DNA of 36,619 nt from a virus (lineage: Duplodnaviria; Caudoviricetes). Under the pieces are notes generated by a model. The model was not told the DNA's origin and searched no databases. It worked only from the letters and a program-made list of their open reading frames with translations. This document shows positions 1 to 8,845 of this stretch, one piece after another. Where the stretch lies: the IMG/VR virus record IMGVR_UViG_3300031470_000049, positions 1-36,619 of that record, one strand, 5' to 3'. Both the position numbers and the translations under genes were made by a program. Numbering within the stretch: position 1 is the first letter of the stretch; the number at the start of each line of letters is the position of its first letter.

Positions 1-152
1 AGAGGACGAAGTCGCCGCCGCCGCGGGTGTGCCCCTGGTCGCCTGGGTGAGTTTCGCGACGCTGCTCGCTGAAGAGATTTGGCGGCGCAACGACGAGCCT
101 GATCCTCTACACAACGGAAGAGGCCGCTCCACCTCGCGGCGAGCGGCCCTGA

Positions 153-440
153 TTAATCTGGGCTCTGGTGCGGTTCTGCGTGGTCGTGCTGATGAAGGAC
201 GCGGGCGACCTTGTCGTAGATGACCCGACAACGGGGACTGAAGGATTGGCGCTTGCCGGTCATACAGGCAAGTCCATGATCCTCCGCGGTCAAGACGTCC
301 GGGCAGAACTTCATGGCTTCGCCGACGCAGGTCATGGCCTCTTGCTGGAGATCGTCGGAGATGACGGGCTGAGAAGTGGCGATCGATGACGTCGCGGCGA
401 GCAGCACGACGGCCGAAAATGTGACGCGGGCGCAGGTCAT
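153..440 (-). CDS. Small exported cysteine-rich protein
   Basis: ORF 153..476; likely start ATG at 440 (MTCARVTFSAVVLLAATSSIA, signal-peptide-like), followed by a four-Cys pattern (CVGEAMKFC...ACM...SPRC) like small rhizobial Cys-rich proteins. Confidence 0.6.
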   Translation of the reverse strand: MTCARVTFSAVVLLAATSSIATSQPVISDDLQQEAMTCVGEAMKFCPDVLTAEDHGLACMTGKRQSFSPRCRVIYDKVARVLHQHDHAEPHQSPD

Positions 441-548
441 CGGCGGAGTGTGCCGGGATGGTGACCGACCGTCCACTTTGCATTACGAGACGACTAAGGC
501 GCCACGCCCTCGAACTCTGCGGCTGGCACCCCAGCCTCGAGTGGGCCG

Positions 549-773
549 TTGTCGCCGTACATCACGCTGAGGGCCTCGACCCCATCCACATCGGCGGTGC
601 TGCTTCGCGAGGCCGATTTCGCGACATGGCTTTCAGGCGAGGCCGGCCCGGAGGTGCTGCGACCGGCGGCGGAGAGCGCGTTGCGGGAGTGGACCGTGGA
701 CCGGCGGGTGAACCGGACGGGTGAAGGCGACGATGATCCGACGATCGTGGAGCCGGTGGCGGCCGTGGGGTGA
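549..773 (+). pseudogene. C-terminal fragment of SOS response-associated peptidase (SRAP/YedK family)
   Basis: VLLREADFATWLSGEAGPEVLRPAAESALREWTVDRRVNRTGEGDDDPTIVEPV resembles the SRAP C-terminus; the N-terminal MCGR catalytic part is absent. Confidence 0.6.
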
Positions 774-810
774 TGTAGACGTCCCACCCGTTCAGAAGCT
801 GCAGCCCTGA

Positions 811-1155
811 TTAGGGTACATCCTCAAGGTCGTTGCTCAGCACGTATCCATCCACGAAGGCGCCGTTCCCGCGCTTGCGGATCTGCACGACGTGGTAGCC
901 GCCGCCGAAGTCGGCATAGTCCTTCAGCACCTCGACCTTCACGCCCGCCTTGAACCATACGCAGCCGTCGAGCTTGGCTGCCGCGTCCTCGTCCCGCGCC
1001 GTGATCGCCGCGAGGAAGGCGCGGAACGATGGCAGCGTCGCGCAGAACGGCGCGCCATACTGCGCTGTGCGGGTCTCGGCAGAGGCAGCGGTCGACAGCA
1101 TAATGGCGACCGCCACGATCCTGGCTCGGCTGCCAGAGCCTTTCTTGGGCGGCAC
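811..1155 (-). CDS. Hypothetical exported protein
   Basis: 3' part of ORF 811..1371; GTG at 1155, then a basic and hydrophobic leader ending AASA and a globular domain with 2 Cys; start uncertain. Confidence 0.55.
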   Translation of the reverse strand: MPPKKGSGSRARIVAVAIMLSTAASAETRTAQYGAPFCATLPSFRAFLAAITARDEDAAAKLDGCVWFKAGVKVEVLKDYADFGGGYHVVQIRKRGNGAFVDGYVLSNDLEDVP

Positions 1156-1249
1156 AATAGCGCTCGGATCGGGTGGTGGACCGTCCTGCCGCCGACCTCG
1201 TGACCGATGGGTCTGGACGGCTACGGGGGGTGGCGTTAGCCTCGCTGGC

Positions 1250-1477
1250 ATGCGCTTGTCTCTCGCTGCCCTCGCCGCCGTGCTGTTCGTGTCGCCTGCG
1301 ATGGCGGTTGGAGAGGATATGGCAGGATGGTATCTCGTGATGGTGATCCCGAGCGGGAAAGTGACGGTCAATCAGCATCCAATGACGGAGACGGGTTGTC
1401 AGCAGCAGTTGACCACCATGCGCTCTATCGCGCCCGACACGATGGGCGAATGCGTCGACTTGAAGCTGTCGCGCTAA
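1250..1477 (+). CDS. Small exported protein
   Basis: ATG 1250, MRLSLAALAAVLFVSPAMA is a clear signal peptide; mature part has 2 Cys; divergent from 811..1155. Confidence 0.65.
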   Translation: MRLSLAALAAVLFVSPAMAVGEDMAGWYLVMVIPSGKVTVNQHPMTETGCQQQLTTMRSIAPDTMGECVDLKLSR

Positions 1478-1892
1478 TTCGCGTTCGCCTTGCTGAGCGT
1501 CGGACGCATTGCTCTGGGCGCGTGGATCGCCGCCCAGCCAGAGCCGACCGGAGGCGATTCGCCTGGACTGGCTCACTGGCCTCGGCGTTCTCAAGCACCG
1601 CGAGGACCCGGAGGGGGCGAACTGAAGCGTCCGCCGTCCTGAAGCACGGTCGCGAAGGCGACGTCGCTCTCGGCCACGGCCCGCCAAAGCGGCACGAGGT
1701 GCCTGACGTCTTCCGGGACCGGCTGAGTGAGACGCACAGCGATCATCGCCCGCACGGGCGGGGACGGCTCGAAAAGGATCATGAGACATTTCCACGCGAG
1801 CGAAAGCACCGCGGCGAAGCGGGCTTGTCACGACAACCGGTTGCGGAGAGTATCGGCAGGCGTGCCGCTGGGGACGCGCAAGGGGCAAAGCG

Positions 1893-2118
1893 ATGACGGA
1901 TGAGGCCGCCGAGCAGGTAATCGGCAAAGCAAATCGCCGACGCTTCCGCCCCCATCTCGGGCGCAGTTGTTGCCATCAGTCGATTGTTAATAGCAAAGGA
2001 GATAATCACTCGAGAAGAGATAAAGGCAGCTTTAGATAACTTGAAGCGGCCTGGATTTGACGACACGGCCGAAACAGTTTTTCAGCACCTGCGAGGGCAG
2101 ATCCTTCGAGACTTGTGA
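1893..2118 (+). pseudogene. Small hypothetical gene with a 1-nt frameshift
   Basis: MTDEAAEQVIGK from ATG 1893 joins QIADASAPISGAVVAISRLLIAKEIITREEIKAALDNLKRPGFDDTAETVFQHLRGQILRDL* if one A is removed at ggcAAAgcaa (~1925). Confidence 0.4.
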
Positions 2119-2322
2119 TCTTCGCAAGACCTGGATCGCGATCGACACGAAGCCCGCCGCTTCCGCGTCGCTGATCGCGCTAAATCTGGCTCGTGCGTTC
2201 ATGCAGGTCATTCCCGGAAAACTGGAGTGTGGAGCAGGATGACCATGGCCGACGTCCCCCCGAGCCAACCTCCGAATGGAAGCGAAGTGACCGCGCTTTT
2301 GCCTCTCATGCCCTCGCGACCC

Positions 2323-2574
2323 TCAATTGACCGGCCCACGCAGCGCCGCGCGCATGGCCGGCACCAGCTGAAACCCGAAGCCGAGCGAGCCGAGCAAGAC
2401 GTGGTCGGCTTCAGGATGGCCCTCGGGCACGGTTGTCGACGCAACGGCCGCAGCCGCGAGGCCCAAGGCCCCACAGACCTGCACGGCGTCGAGTGGCTTC
2501 CGCCTGGCCTCGCGATCGATCAGCTTCGTGATGCGGGTCGCGAGATCGTGGACACGGTTGGTGTGGTCGTTCAT
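2323..2574 (-). CDS. Hypothetical protein, last gene of the tail module
   Basis: 83 aa; ATGA overlap with the spike gene stop (2571-2574). Confidence 0.6.
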   Translation of the reverse strand: MNDHTNRVHDLATRITKLIDREARRKPLDAVQVCGALGLAAAAVASTTVPEGHPEADHVLLGSLGFGFQLVPAMRAALRGPVN

Positions 2575-3146
2575 CCGATCTTCGCCTTCACGTTGCTCGC
2601 CACGCCTGTGACCGTCTTCACGAAGTCGAACTGGCCACCGTGCGCCGGATCCCCACCGTGGTAGGCGATCTTGCCGGAAGCCGGCATGTGGACGGTGTCG
2701 CCGCTGGCCATCAGCTTCATCATCGATCCGTCGTCGCGACTCAGGATGGCGTCACCGGCCTGATTGAAGAAAAGCTGCTGGCCGAGCTGGTGACGGCGCA
2801 TCATCTCGCCGGACTGGACCGCAGGCGGAACATCTTTGTCGCTGAAGATACGATGCGTCGCGATCAACGTGTTCGGATCGCCGGCGTCGAACTCGACATT
2901 GAACTGGTCCCCGTCCAACTCCGTGGGAGACCCGACCTTCGGGCCTATCAGGTCGCCGAAGCCGCTGCCGATCGCGCCGGAGCCGATCGGGATCCACGTC
3001 GTCTCGACCTCGTGCGGCACGAGAATGCCCTTCAGCGCGTGCTTTTTGGGGTCGTAGCCCGTCACCACGACGGTGCCCTTCCAGTGCCGCATGGACGAGA
3101 CGATCGCCGCCTCGCGGCGGATGAGGTCGATGAGGCCGTCAGTCAT
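2571..3146 (-). CDS. Phage baseplate assembly protein V / central spike (P2 gpV, Mu gp45-like)
   Basis: OB-fold-like N-terminus (VVTGYDPKKHALK...ETTWIPIGS...GFG...GP.VG...V.F.AGD), PP.VQSGEM...HQLG motif, short beta-rich C-terminus; directly follows the hub gene. Confidence 0.8.
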   Translation of the reverse strand: MTDGLIDLIRREAAIVSSMRHWKGTVVVTGYDPKKHALKGILVPHEVETTWIPIGSGAIGSGFGDLIGPKVGSPTELDGDQFNVEFDAGDPNTLIATHRIFSDKDVPPAVQSGEMMRRHQLGQQLFFNQAGDAILSRDDGSMMKLMASGDTVHMPASGKIAYHGGDPAHGGQFDFVKTVTGVASNVKAKIG

Positions 3147-4221
3147 CGGTGCGCCCCGCGCCCGCGCCCCGGGCCGTGATATGCATGTCGAAATCTTCCT
3201 CCCAGCCCATCACGAACTCAACCTCGTCGATCGCATAGGTCTGATCATAGATCGTCCCGGTGCCCTGCAGTTGCCACGCCGTATGGGGGTCGACCGTGAG
3301 GTCGCCGGGCATGGTGCAGGTGACATTCAGTTCGTGGCGGATGATGTCGTCACGGCGGGACTTCGCCTTCTTCTCCAACTGGCTTTGATCGTTGCCGTTG
3401 TGGTGGAGCGTGTACTCAAGCGGCTGCCCCTTACCTCTTGCGGTAGAGGTCGCCTTGTAGAGCTTCTTCTTCCCGTGGTGCCACCCCTTGGCCGTGACGT
3501 TGACGGGCCGCGCGGCCTCGGAGTTCTTTCCCATCTTGAGGGCAGTGACGTTGCCGCTCGCGGGTGCGTCGGCGCTCGGCGGATACCAGTAGGCTTGGCA
3601 GACGGCGCCGCCCGCCGCCTCTTTCGGTTCGAAGACGAGATCGTCGCCCTCGACGTACCACCGAAACCCCTCGCGGTCCGCGAGTTGAGACAGGAACTCG
3701 AAATCGGTACGGTTCAGCGCGAGCGTGGCGAAGTCGGCCGTATAGGCCTTCCCGGCGAAGGCGTCGGTGCTCATGATCACGGGGTTGAGGCCGTGGTCCT
3801 GCGCGATCGTCGGCACGATGTCGGACGACTTCTGATTCTTGAACTGCTGAGCCCGACGCTTCTGTGTAAGGCTGGCCGACTTGTCCCGGGCCGTGATCGT
3901 GACCGTGTAGTTGTCGGCATCGATCGTCGGGATGTCCACCTTGCCGGTGATCATCGTGGTTTCGTCGCCGCCGCCGGCTTGGCTCGCCATCAGGATCGCA
4001 ACGTCCTGGTCGGGATCCCAATCGGCCCACTGCGGCAGGTCGAAGCCATATGCCGCCGCCGCGGTGATCGACAGGTCGGCCGAGAACGTGTCGGCGTGGC
4101 GGGTCGCCTTCCGGGTGACCGTCGCCTTGATGGCCCGGATCTTGGCCTCTCCGATCTGGACCCAGACGCGGGGCGCGCGGAACGAACCCGAGCTGCCGCT
4201 CAACGTGTCGATGTAGCTCAT
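3139..4221 (-). CDS. Phage late control D / baseplate hub (P2 gpD, Mu gp44-like)
   Basis: 360 aa; ADTF, ITARD, F.NQKSSDIV..IA..HGL, TDFEFLSQLADREGF..YVEGD.LVF, PGD, Y.IDEV motifs. Confidence 0.85.
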   Translation of the reverse strand: MSYIDTLSGSSGSFRAPRVWVQIGEAKIRAIKATVTRKATRHADTFSADLSITAAAAYGFDLPQWADWDPDQDVAILMASQAGGGDETTMITGKVDIPTIDADNYTVTITARDKSASLTQKRRAQQFKNQKSSDIVPTIAQDHGLNPVIMSTDAFAGKAYTADFATLALNRTDFEFLSQLADREGFRWYVEGDDLVFEPKEAAGGAVCQAYWYPPSADAPASGNVTALKMGKNSEAARPVNVTAKGWHHGKKKLYKATSTARGKGQPLEYTLHHNGNDQSQLEKKAKSRRDDIIRHELNVTCTMPGDLTVDPHTAWQLQGTGTIYDQTYAIDEVEFVMGWEEDFDMHITARGAGAGRTDD

Positions 4222-7200
4222 GCACTATCCACGAAGTCGGTCCCCGGCGGGGAGTGGTTGCCGTAGGGGTCCTTTCCTCCGACGGAATTGTGGAACCTGG
4301 AGTCGGCCACCTGGTGCTTCGTGGTGTTCTTCGCGATGACCTTGCCGTCGAGCATGTGGGTGAGATGCACATGCACGGGCGGCATGTTCATCGCCTGGAT
4401 CGATCCCGCCGGTACGCCGGGGCTCACCTTGCGGGGCGGAGGAGCCGAGACGGTGGCGGCGGGACGCCCGGCCGATACGGTGGCGCTGTTCGACCGCCCC
4501 AGAGCCCCGCGGATCCTGTCCTCGGTGTAGAACCGACCTGCCGGCCCGTGTTCCTGAACGGCGAGCCCATGCAGGAACTTGACCATTTGGTTCGGGTCGT
4601 TGAGGTGGACGTCGTCTCGGTTGCCGAGGCCCATGGCTCGGGCAACATTGACCGACGCGCCAGGCCCGAGCGCACCGGGCGTCCAGCCCCCCGCCGCCGC
4701 GATGATGTCCCAGGTGTTGTGCCGGCCCTTGCTGTATTTGGCGAGCGCGAGCGCCGCCGCCGCCCGGATGCCACTCTCCTGAGTGTCGAATTTGGCGATC
4801 GAGTGATCGACGTCGCGGGCGTTGGACGGGCCAATGAGTCCGGCCGTATGTTGCCCGAAGAACCCGATGTTGCCGAGGTTGTTGTTCTTCATCCCGGCCG
4901 TGAGGTGATCGCCGACGGGTGGCACGAAGGCGCCAGCCCCGGTGCTGGGCAGGTTGGCATTCGCGGGATGAGCCACCGCGACCGCGGCATCGTGATTGAC
5001 ACCCCGCGTCGCCGCATCGATTTGCTTGATAGCAGCGCTGCCCGCTCCCGAGCCGCCGGTCTCGGTGCTGGCCAGCGCTGCCGAACCGACCGAAGGCATG
5101 GTCGTGGTGACCATAGCTTCGTGAGGTCTGCCATACTCCCCGCCATGTTGCGCGGCGTAAGCGCGCCTGACCGCAGAACCACCGGATCCCGAGCCGCCGG
5201 TCTCGTCCCAGGTCGTGAAAGCAGCCGAGACGACACCTGCGCCACCTCCGAGCCCGCTCGCACTGCCGGCGCCCCCGCCGAGAGCTACTTCGGCCAAGGC
5301 GCGCGCCGCGCCCATCGCGGTCTGATTCAGGATATCGAGTGTGCCTTTGAGGCCGGTCGAGCCGGTGTCGAGCGTCGTGAAGCTCGCTTTCAGGACGCCG
5401 GTGCGGTCGTTCAGTTGGCCGAACTGCCAGACGTTCAGTTCTTCCTGCTTTTGCAGCAGCCCGAGGCCGTCCATCGCCTTCTGCACGGCTCCGGACATAT
5501 CGATGCCCTGTGGTATGCCGAGCGCCTTATGCAGTGACTCAACGGTCTGCCCCGTGACGGCGCCCGTGTCGGGGCCGGGCAGAGGCCCGCCCGGATGGGG
5601 GATCGCACCCTCGGCATGCGCGGTGCCGACCGGATTGATTTGGTTCCAGATGCTTCCCCAAATCGAACCGGACGTCACGCCCGGTACGCGGCCGAGCAGG
5701 AAGTCGGACATCCCCTGGTTTGCAAGATCCGGGAGCGCGCGGCCGGCCGCAGTCATGGGCGGCCGGTCGCCGGTGAGGGCCGCCTTCGCATTGTCCACCG
5801 CAGCACCCCACATCGCCTTCGTGGCCGCCCAATCCGCGGGGAGCGCCTTCAGGACAATATCGAGGTTCGTGAGAGCCGAATTGACGGTCGGCAGGGCCTT
5901 GTCGCCGATGTCGATCAATAGGTTCTGGAAGTCACGCCACGCCTCACGCCCTTTCTGCAGGGGGTTGTCCTTCGCATATTCTTCCAAGGCGTCTGCGCCA
6001 CCCTTGAACTTCTGGATCTTACCGGCGAGCGTTACAAACTGATCCACGAAGGTGTTCATGGACAACATAGTCGCCGTGGCGCCGCCGCGTTCGCCCCAAA
6101 TGTTTTTCACGACGCCCATGCGCTGATCTATAGGAACGTGAGCAAGGTGCTGCTGGATAATCCCGCCCTCTTTGGCAACGCTGGCGTTCCAATCCGTCTT
6201 GCCGTCCGCACCCATGACCTTCCAAGTCGGCATGTTGTGACCATTGAGCAGGCCCATCTTGCGCAACGCGGCGTTATGCTTTTTCGCGTGCTCGCCGTCG
6301 CCGACCTCCGGCTCGGAACCCTGAAAGAAGCTCCGCAGCCAGGTTCCGCTCTTCGTGCTCGTGATGCCGGCATTCTGGCTCACGGCCGTGAGAGCCATGA
6401 TCGTGTCAGGATCCATTCCCATGCCCGTCCGAAGGATCGGCATGGAATAGGACAACGTCTTCTCGAACTGTGGAAGTGAAGAGTTCGTCGAAAGCGACAC
6501 GTAGCTGAACTTGCGGGCAAGATCCCTGATCTTGTCAGGTTCGTAAACACCAGTCATGTGGGCGAGGCCAACCATCGCCTGCAACGACTCGGCAAGGGAG
6601 GTCTCCTTCAACCTCGCTTCCGCTGCGGCATAGGGGATGAGTTCCTTGGTGACGCTCATCTTGGTCTGAACGTCCAGGCCCGACATGGCGCGCTCGGACT
6701 TGGACAGCGCCTCGCCGACATGCTTGACGCTGAACCCCGTGAGAGAGGCGGAATCCATGAGCAGCTTGCCGAGTTGCTCTCGCGTGGCCCCCCACTTCTC
6801 GGCATCGACTTGCCCGGTGATCATGAGCCGGTTGACCTCGTCCCGCATCTCGGCGGCTTCATAGACGCCGTAGCCGACGATACCGGCCGCCGCCATGGCG
6901 GGACCACCACCGAAGGATGCGTGACCGCCTGGGATCTCGGTTCCGACACGGCCGAAGTGCGGGCCACCGTGGCGCGCACGGCCGACCCTATTCGATCCAG
7001 GCAGACCCGCTTCCGCTCCCGCCGCCGCCGCTGCGGCACCGCCTGACGAGCGAGCCGCTACGGCTGCAGCCTCGGTGTTCAGCCCCCGCATCTCGGCGAC
7101 CGATGCCTTTATCGCTTCGTTGATGCGGCCGATGCTGCCTATAGCTTCCTCGGCTGCGGCCGTGGCCGCGCTGGCGATTGGCTGGAACAGTTCCGGTGCC

Positions 7201-7838
7201 TCCGCGCCGATGCCCCGCAAGGCTTCGATCGCGCCCGTCGCCGTCGCGCGCATCTCGGCGAGAACGTCCGACTGCATCGCCACCGTCGCCGTCAGAACTC
7301 CACCGAGCGCCTCCGGCGCCGCCGTGCTGATACCCTGCAGTTCCGCGACGGCGCCGGTCTTCAATCCCGCGAACCTGGTCAGGACGTCGCTCGAAAGCCC
7401 GGTTGCCGCGAGGTCGATGGAGGCGAATGCTTCGGGCGTCGCGACGCCGATACCGCCCAACTCCGCCACCGCCTTCGACTTCAGCACGCCAAACGTGCCG
7501 ACGACTTCGGTCGAAAGGCCGGTCGCGGACGTACCGATTTCCTCGAGAGCGGTCCTGGCGCCCTTCGTCATCTCGCCGAAGATGGCCCCGGTTTCAGGTC
7601 CAAGCCGGCCCATGGTTTTCAGGATCTTGTCGACGCCAGCGCTGGAGTCGCGATCCATTTCGGACCACTCGCCACGCATCTTGGCGACGACGCCACCAAG
7701 GCCGAGCTTGTCGAGTTTGGCCTGTAGCTCGGTGCTTTTCTTGCCGGCCGCGTCCAAGCCCGCCACAAGCTTCCGCAAAGGGCTGCTGAACTCGTCGAGT
7801 AGTTTGAAGACGGCGCCGGTGTTGACAACCTCAGTCAT
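4218..7838 (-). CDS. Phage tail tape measure protein with C-terminal lysozyme-like (NNxGNI) domain
   Basis: 1206 aa, Ala/Gly-rich and helical; L.DEFSSPL N-terminus; TP901-like core (AGITSTKSGTWLR...LRKMGL...IWGERG); C-terminal NNNLGNI...FDTQESGIRA...WTP...QEHG. Confidence 0.88.
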   Translation of the reverse strand: MTEVVNTGAVFKLLDEFSSPLRKLVAGLDAAGKKSTELQAKLDKLGLGGVVAKMRGEWSEMDRDSSAGVDKILKTMGRLGPETGAIFGEMTKGARTALEEIGTSATGLSTEVVGTFGVLKSKAVAELGGIGVATPEAFASIDLAATGLSSDVLTRFAGLKTGAVAELQGISTAAPEALGGVLTATVAMQSDVLAEMRATATGAIEALRGIGAEAPELFQPIASAATAAAEEAIGSIGRINEAIKASVAEMRGLNTEAAAVAARSSGGAAAAAAGAEAGLPGSNRVGRARHGGPHFGRVGTEIPGGHASFGGGPAMAAAGIVGYGVYEAAEMRDEVNRLMITGQVDAEKWGATREQLGKLLMDSASLTGFSVKHVGEALSKSERAMSGLDVQTKMSVTKELIPYAAAEARLKETSLAESLQAMVGLAHMTGVYEPDKIRDLARKFSYVSLSTNSSLPQFEKTLSYSMPILRTGMGMDPDTIMALTAVSQNAGITSTKSGTWLRSFFQGSEPEVGDGEHAKKHNAALRKMGLLNGHNMPTWKVMGADGKTDWNASVAKEGGIIQQHLAHVPIDQRMGVVKNIWGERGGATATMLSMNTFVDQFVTLAGKIQKFKGGADALEEYAKDNPLQKGREAWRDFQNLLIDIGDKALPTVNSALTNLDIVLKALPADWAATKAMWGAAVDNAKAALTGDRPPMTAAGRALPDLANQGMSDFLLGRVPGVTSGSIWGSIWNQINPVGTAHAEGAIPHPGGPLPGPDTGAVTGQTVESLHKALGIPQGIDMSGAVQKAMDGLGLLQKQEELNVWQFGQLNDRTGVLKASFTTLDTGSTGLKGTLDILNQTAMGAARALAEVALGGGAGSASGLGGGAGVVSAAFTTWDETGGSGSGGSAVRRAYAAQHGGEYGRPHEAMVTTTMPSVGSAALASTETGGSGAGSAAIKQIDAATRGVNHDAAVAVAHPANANLPSTGAGAFVPPVGDHLTAGMKNNNLGNIGFFGQHTAGLIGPSNARDVDHSIAKFDTQESGIRAAAALALAKYSKGRHNTWDIIAAAGGWTPGALGPGASVNVARAMGLGNRDDVHLNDPNQMVKFLHGLAVQEHGPAGRFYTEDRIRGALGRSNSATVSAGRPAATVSAPPPRKVSPGVPAGSIQAMNMPPVHVHLTHMLDGKVIAKNTTKHQVADSRFHNSVGGKDPYGNHSPPGTDFVDSA

Positions 7839-8278
7839 GGACGGGCTCCGGGTGTGACGAGTCGGACGGCGAGTTCGTTCAGCGCGGTCGCGAGGATCGG
7901 CTCGGTCAACATGAGGGCCGGGCCGAGGAACGGCCGCGGGGGCTCGCGGCTCGTGCCGATTTCGTGAAACAGAGCCGTCTCGTTGTCACTCGAGACGATG
8001 CCCCGCACGCCGCCCGGGACCGACTCGGCCTCGCCCTTCAAGGAGTCCTGTAGCTCGCCCGTGCGCTTGAGCGGCGCGGGCGTCTCGTAGCCCTGCCTTT
8101 CCTTGTCGGCGAGGGTGGATTCCTTAAGCGGGTCCCAGCCGGGCATCTCCTGTCCGATGAAACCCTTGGCGAGCTTGGCCGCTTCTTCCATGCCCAGGCG
8201 CACCTCACGTTCCAGCGCGAACTTGAGAGCGAGTTCGTTGCGCTTGAGGCCTGCGATGACGTCGGCGAGAGGGGTCAT
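7835..8278 (-). CDS. HK97 gp10-like / virion morphogenesis (tail completion) protein
   Basis: WDPLKEST...PLKRTGELQDS...ALFHEIGTSREPPRPFLGPAL motifs; ATGA overlap with the tape measure start. Confidence 0.8.
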   Translation of the reverse strand: MTPLADVIAGLKRNELALKFALEREVRLGMEEAAKLAKGFIGQEMPGWDPLKESTLADKERQGYETPAPLKRTGELQDSLKGEAESVPGGVRGIVSSDNETALFHEIGTSREPPRPFLGPALMLTEPILATALNELAVRLVTPGARP

Positions 8279-8281
8279 CGC

Positions 8282-8452
8282 CTATTTGCCATCCGGGTGG
8301 ACGACCGCGCGGTTGAAGGATCGGACCAAGCCCTCAATGGCAGCGCGGCTGACGATGCGGATCGGGATAGTACGGCGACCACCCATAGCAGGCTGTTGAG
8401 CGACGGTATCGCGGGACGGCTTGCTGGCGGTGGTGGGGTCTCTATCGGTCAT
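8282..8452 (-). CDS. Possible small hypothetical protein (56 aa)
   Basis: MTDRDPTTASKP...VVHPDGK*, ending 3 nt before the gp10-like start; below the ORF-track cutoff. Confidence 0.35.
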   Translation of the reverse strand: MTDRDPTTASKPSRDTVAQQPAMGGRRTIPIRIVSRAAIEGLVRSFNRAVVHPDGK

Positions 8453-8625
8453 ACGTCAGGCCTTGGTCCGCGAGAAGCGGGGTGGGGCCTGCGATCCCGA
8501 GGGACCCGATAGGCAAGTCGACCAATGGTCGGCAGGTAGATTATGCCGCCTTTGAAGCAACGGCGCAAGCTTCACGCATCTCCCTCGCGCTACACCGGGC
8601 GTGCAATACGGAGTTGGAGGGCGTG

Positions 8626-8823
8626 ATGGTCCACTACGTCGTGAAATGCAGCCAGGGCAGCGACGCGAGTGTCGCCAGCAGGTCAAGTGCGGCCGAAGCC
8701 ATTCAGGTCATGGAGAGGGCCTCGACGCAGGGCTGGACCGTCGCGGAGATCACGCGCAACAGGGTGGTGATCGACGAGACTGTGCTCCGGCAAGACGCCC
8801 ATCAAAAGACCGGCGCCGCGTAG
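8626..8823 (+). CDS. Small hypothetical protein
   Basis: GGAGGG RBS before ATG 8626; MVHYVVKCSQG... Confidence 0.6.
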   Translation: MVHYVVKCSQGSDASVASRSSAAEAIQVMERASTQGWTVAEITRNRVVIDETVLRQDAHQKTGAA

Positions 8824-8845
8824 GCCGGCAGCCGGAAGAGGCTCA

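Noticed and set aside
1591-1809. 72-aa minus-strand ORF
   Set aside because: Plausible composition but no RBS or motif to support it
824-1927. 367-aa minus-strand ORF
   Set aside because: Arg-rich, low-information translation overlapping two better-supported signal-peptide genes
2571-4221. T6SS VgrG / eCIS locus
   Set aside because: Hub and spike are separate phage-type genes next to a tape measure; no Hcp, PAAR, TssBC or Afp15-like ATPase seen
3073-7857. Long plus-strand ORFs (3073..4266, 4254..5537, 5341..6042, 7075..7857)
   Set aside because: Antisense shadows of the high-GC tail genes with no recognisable motifs
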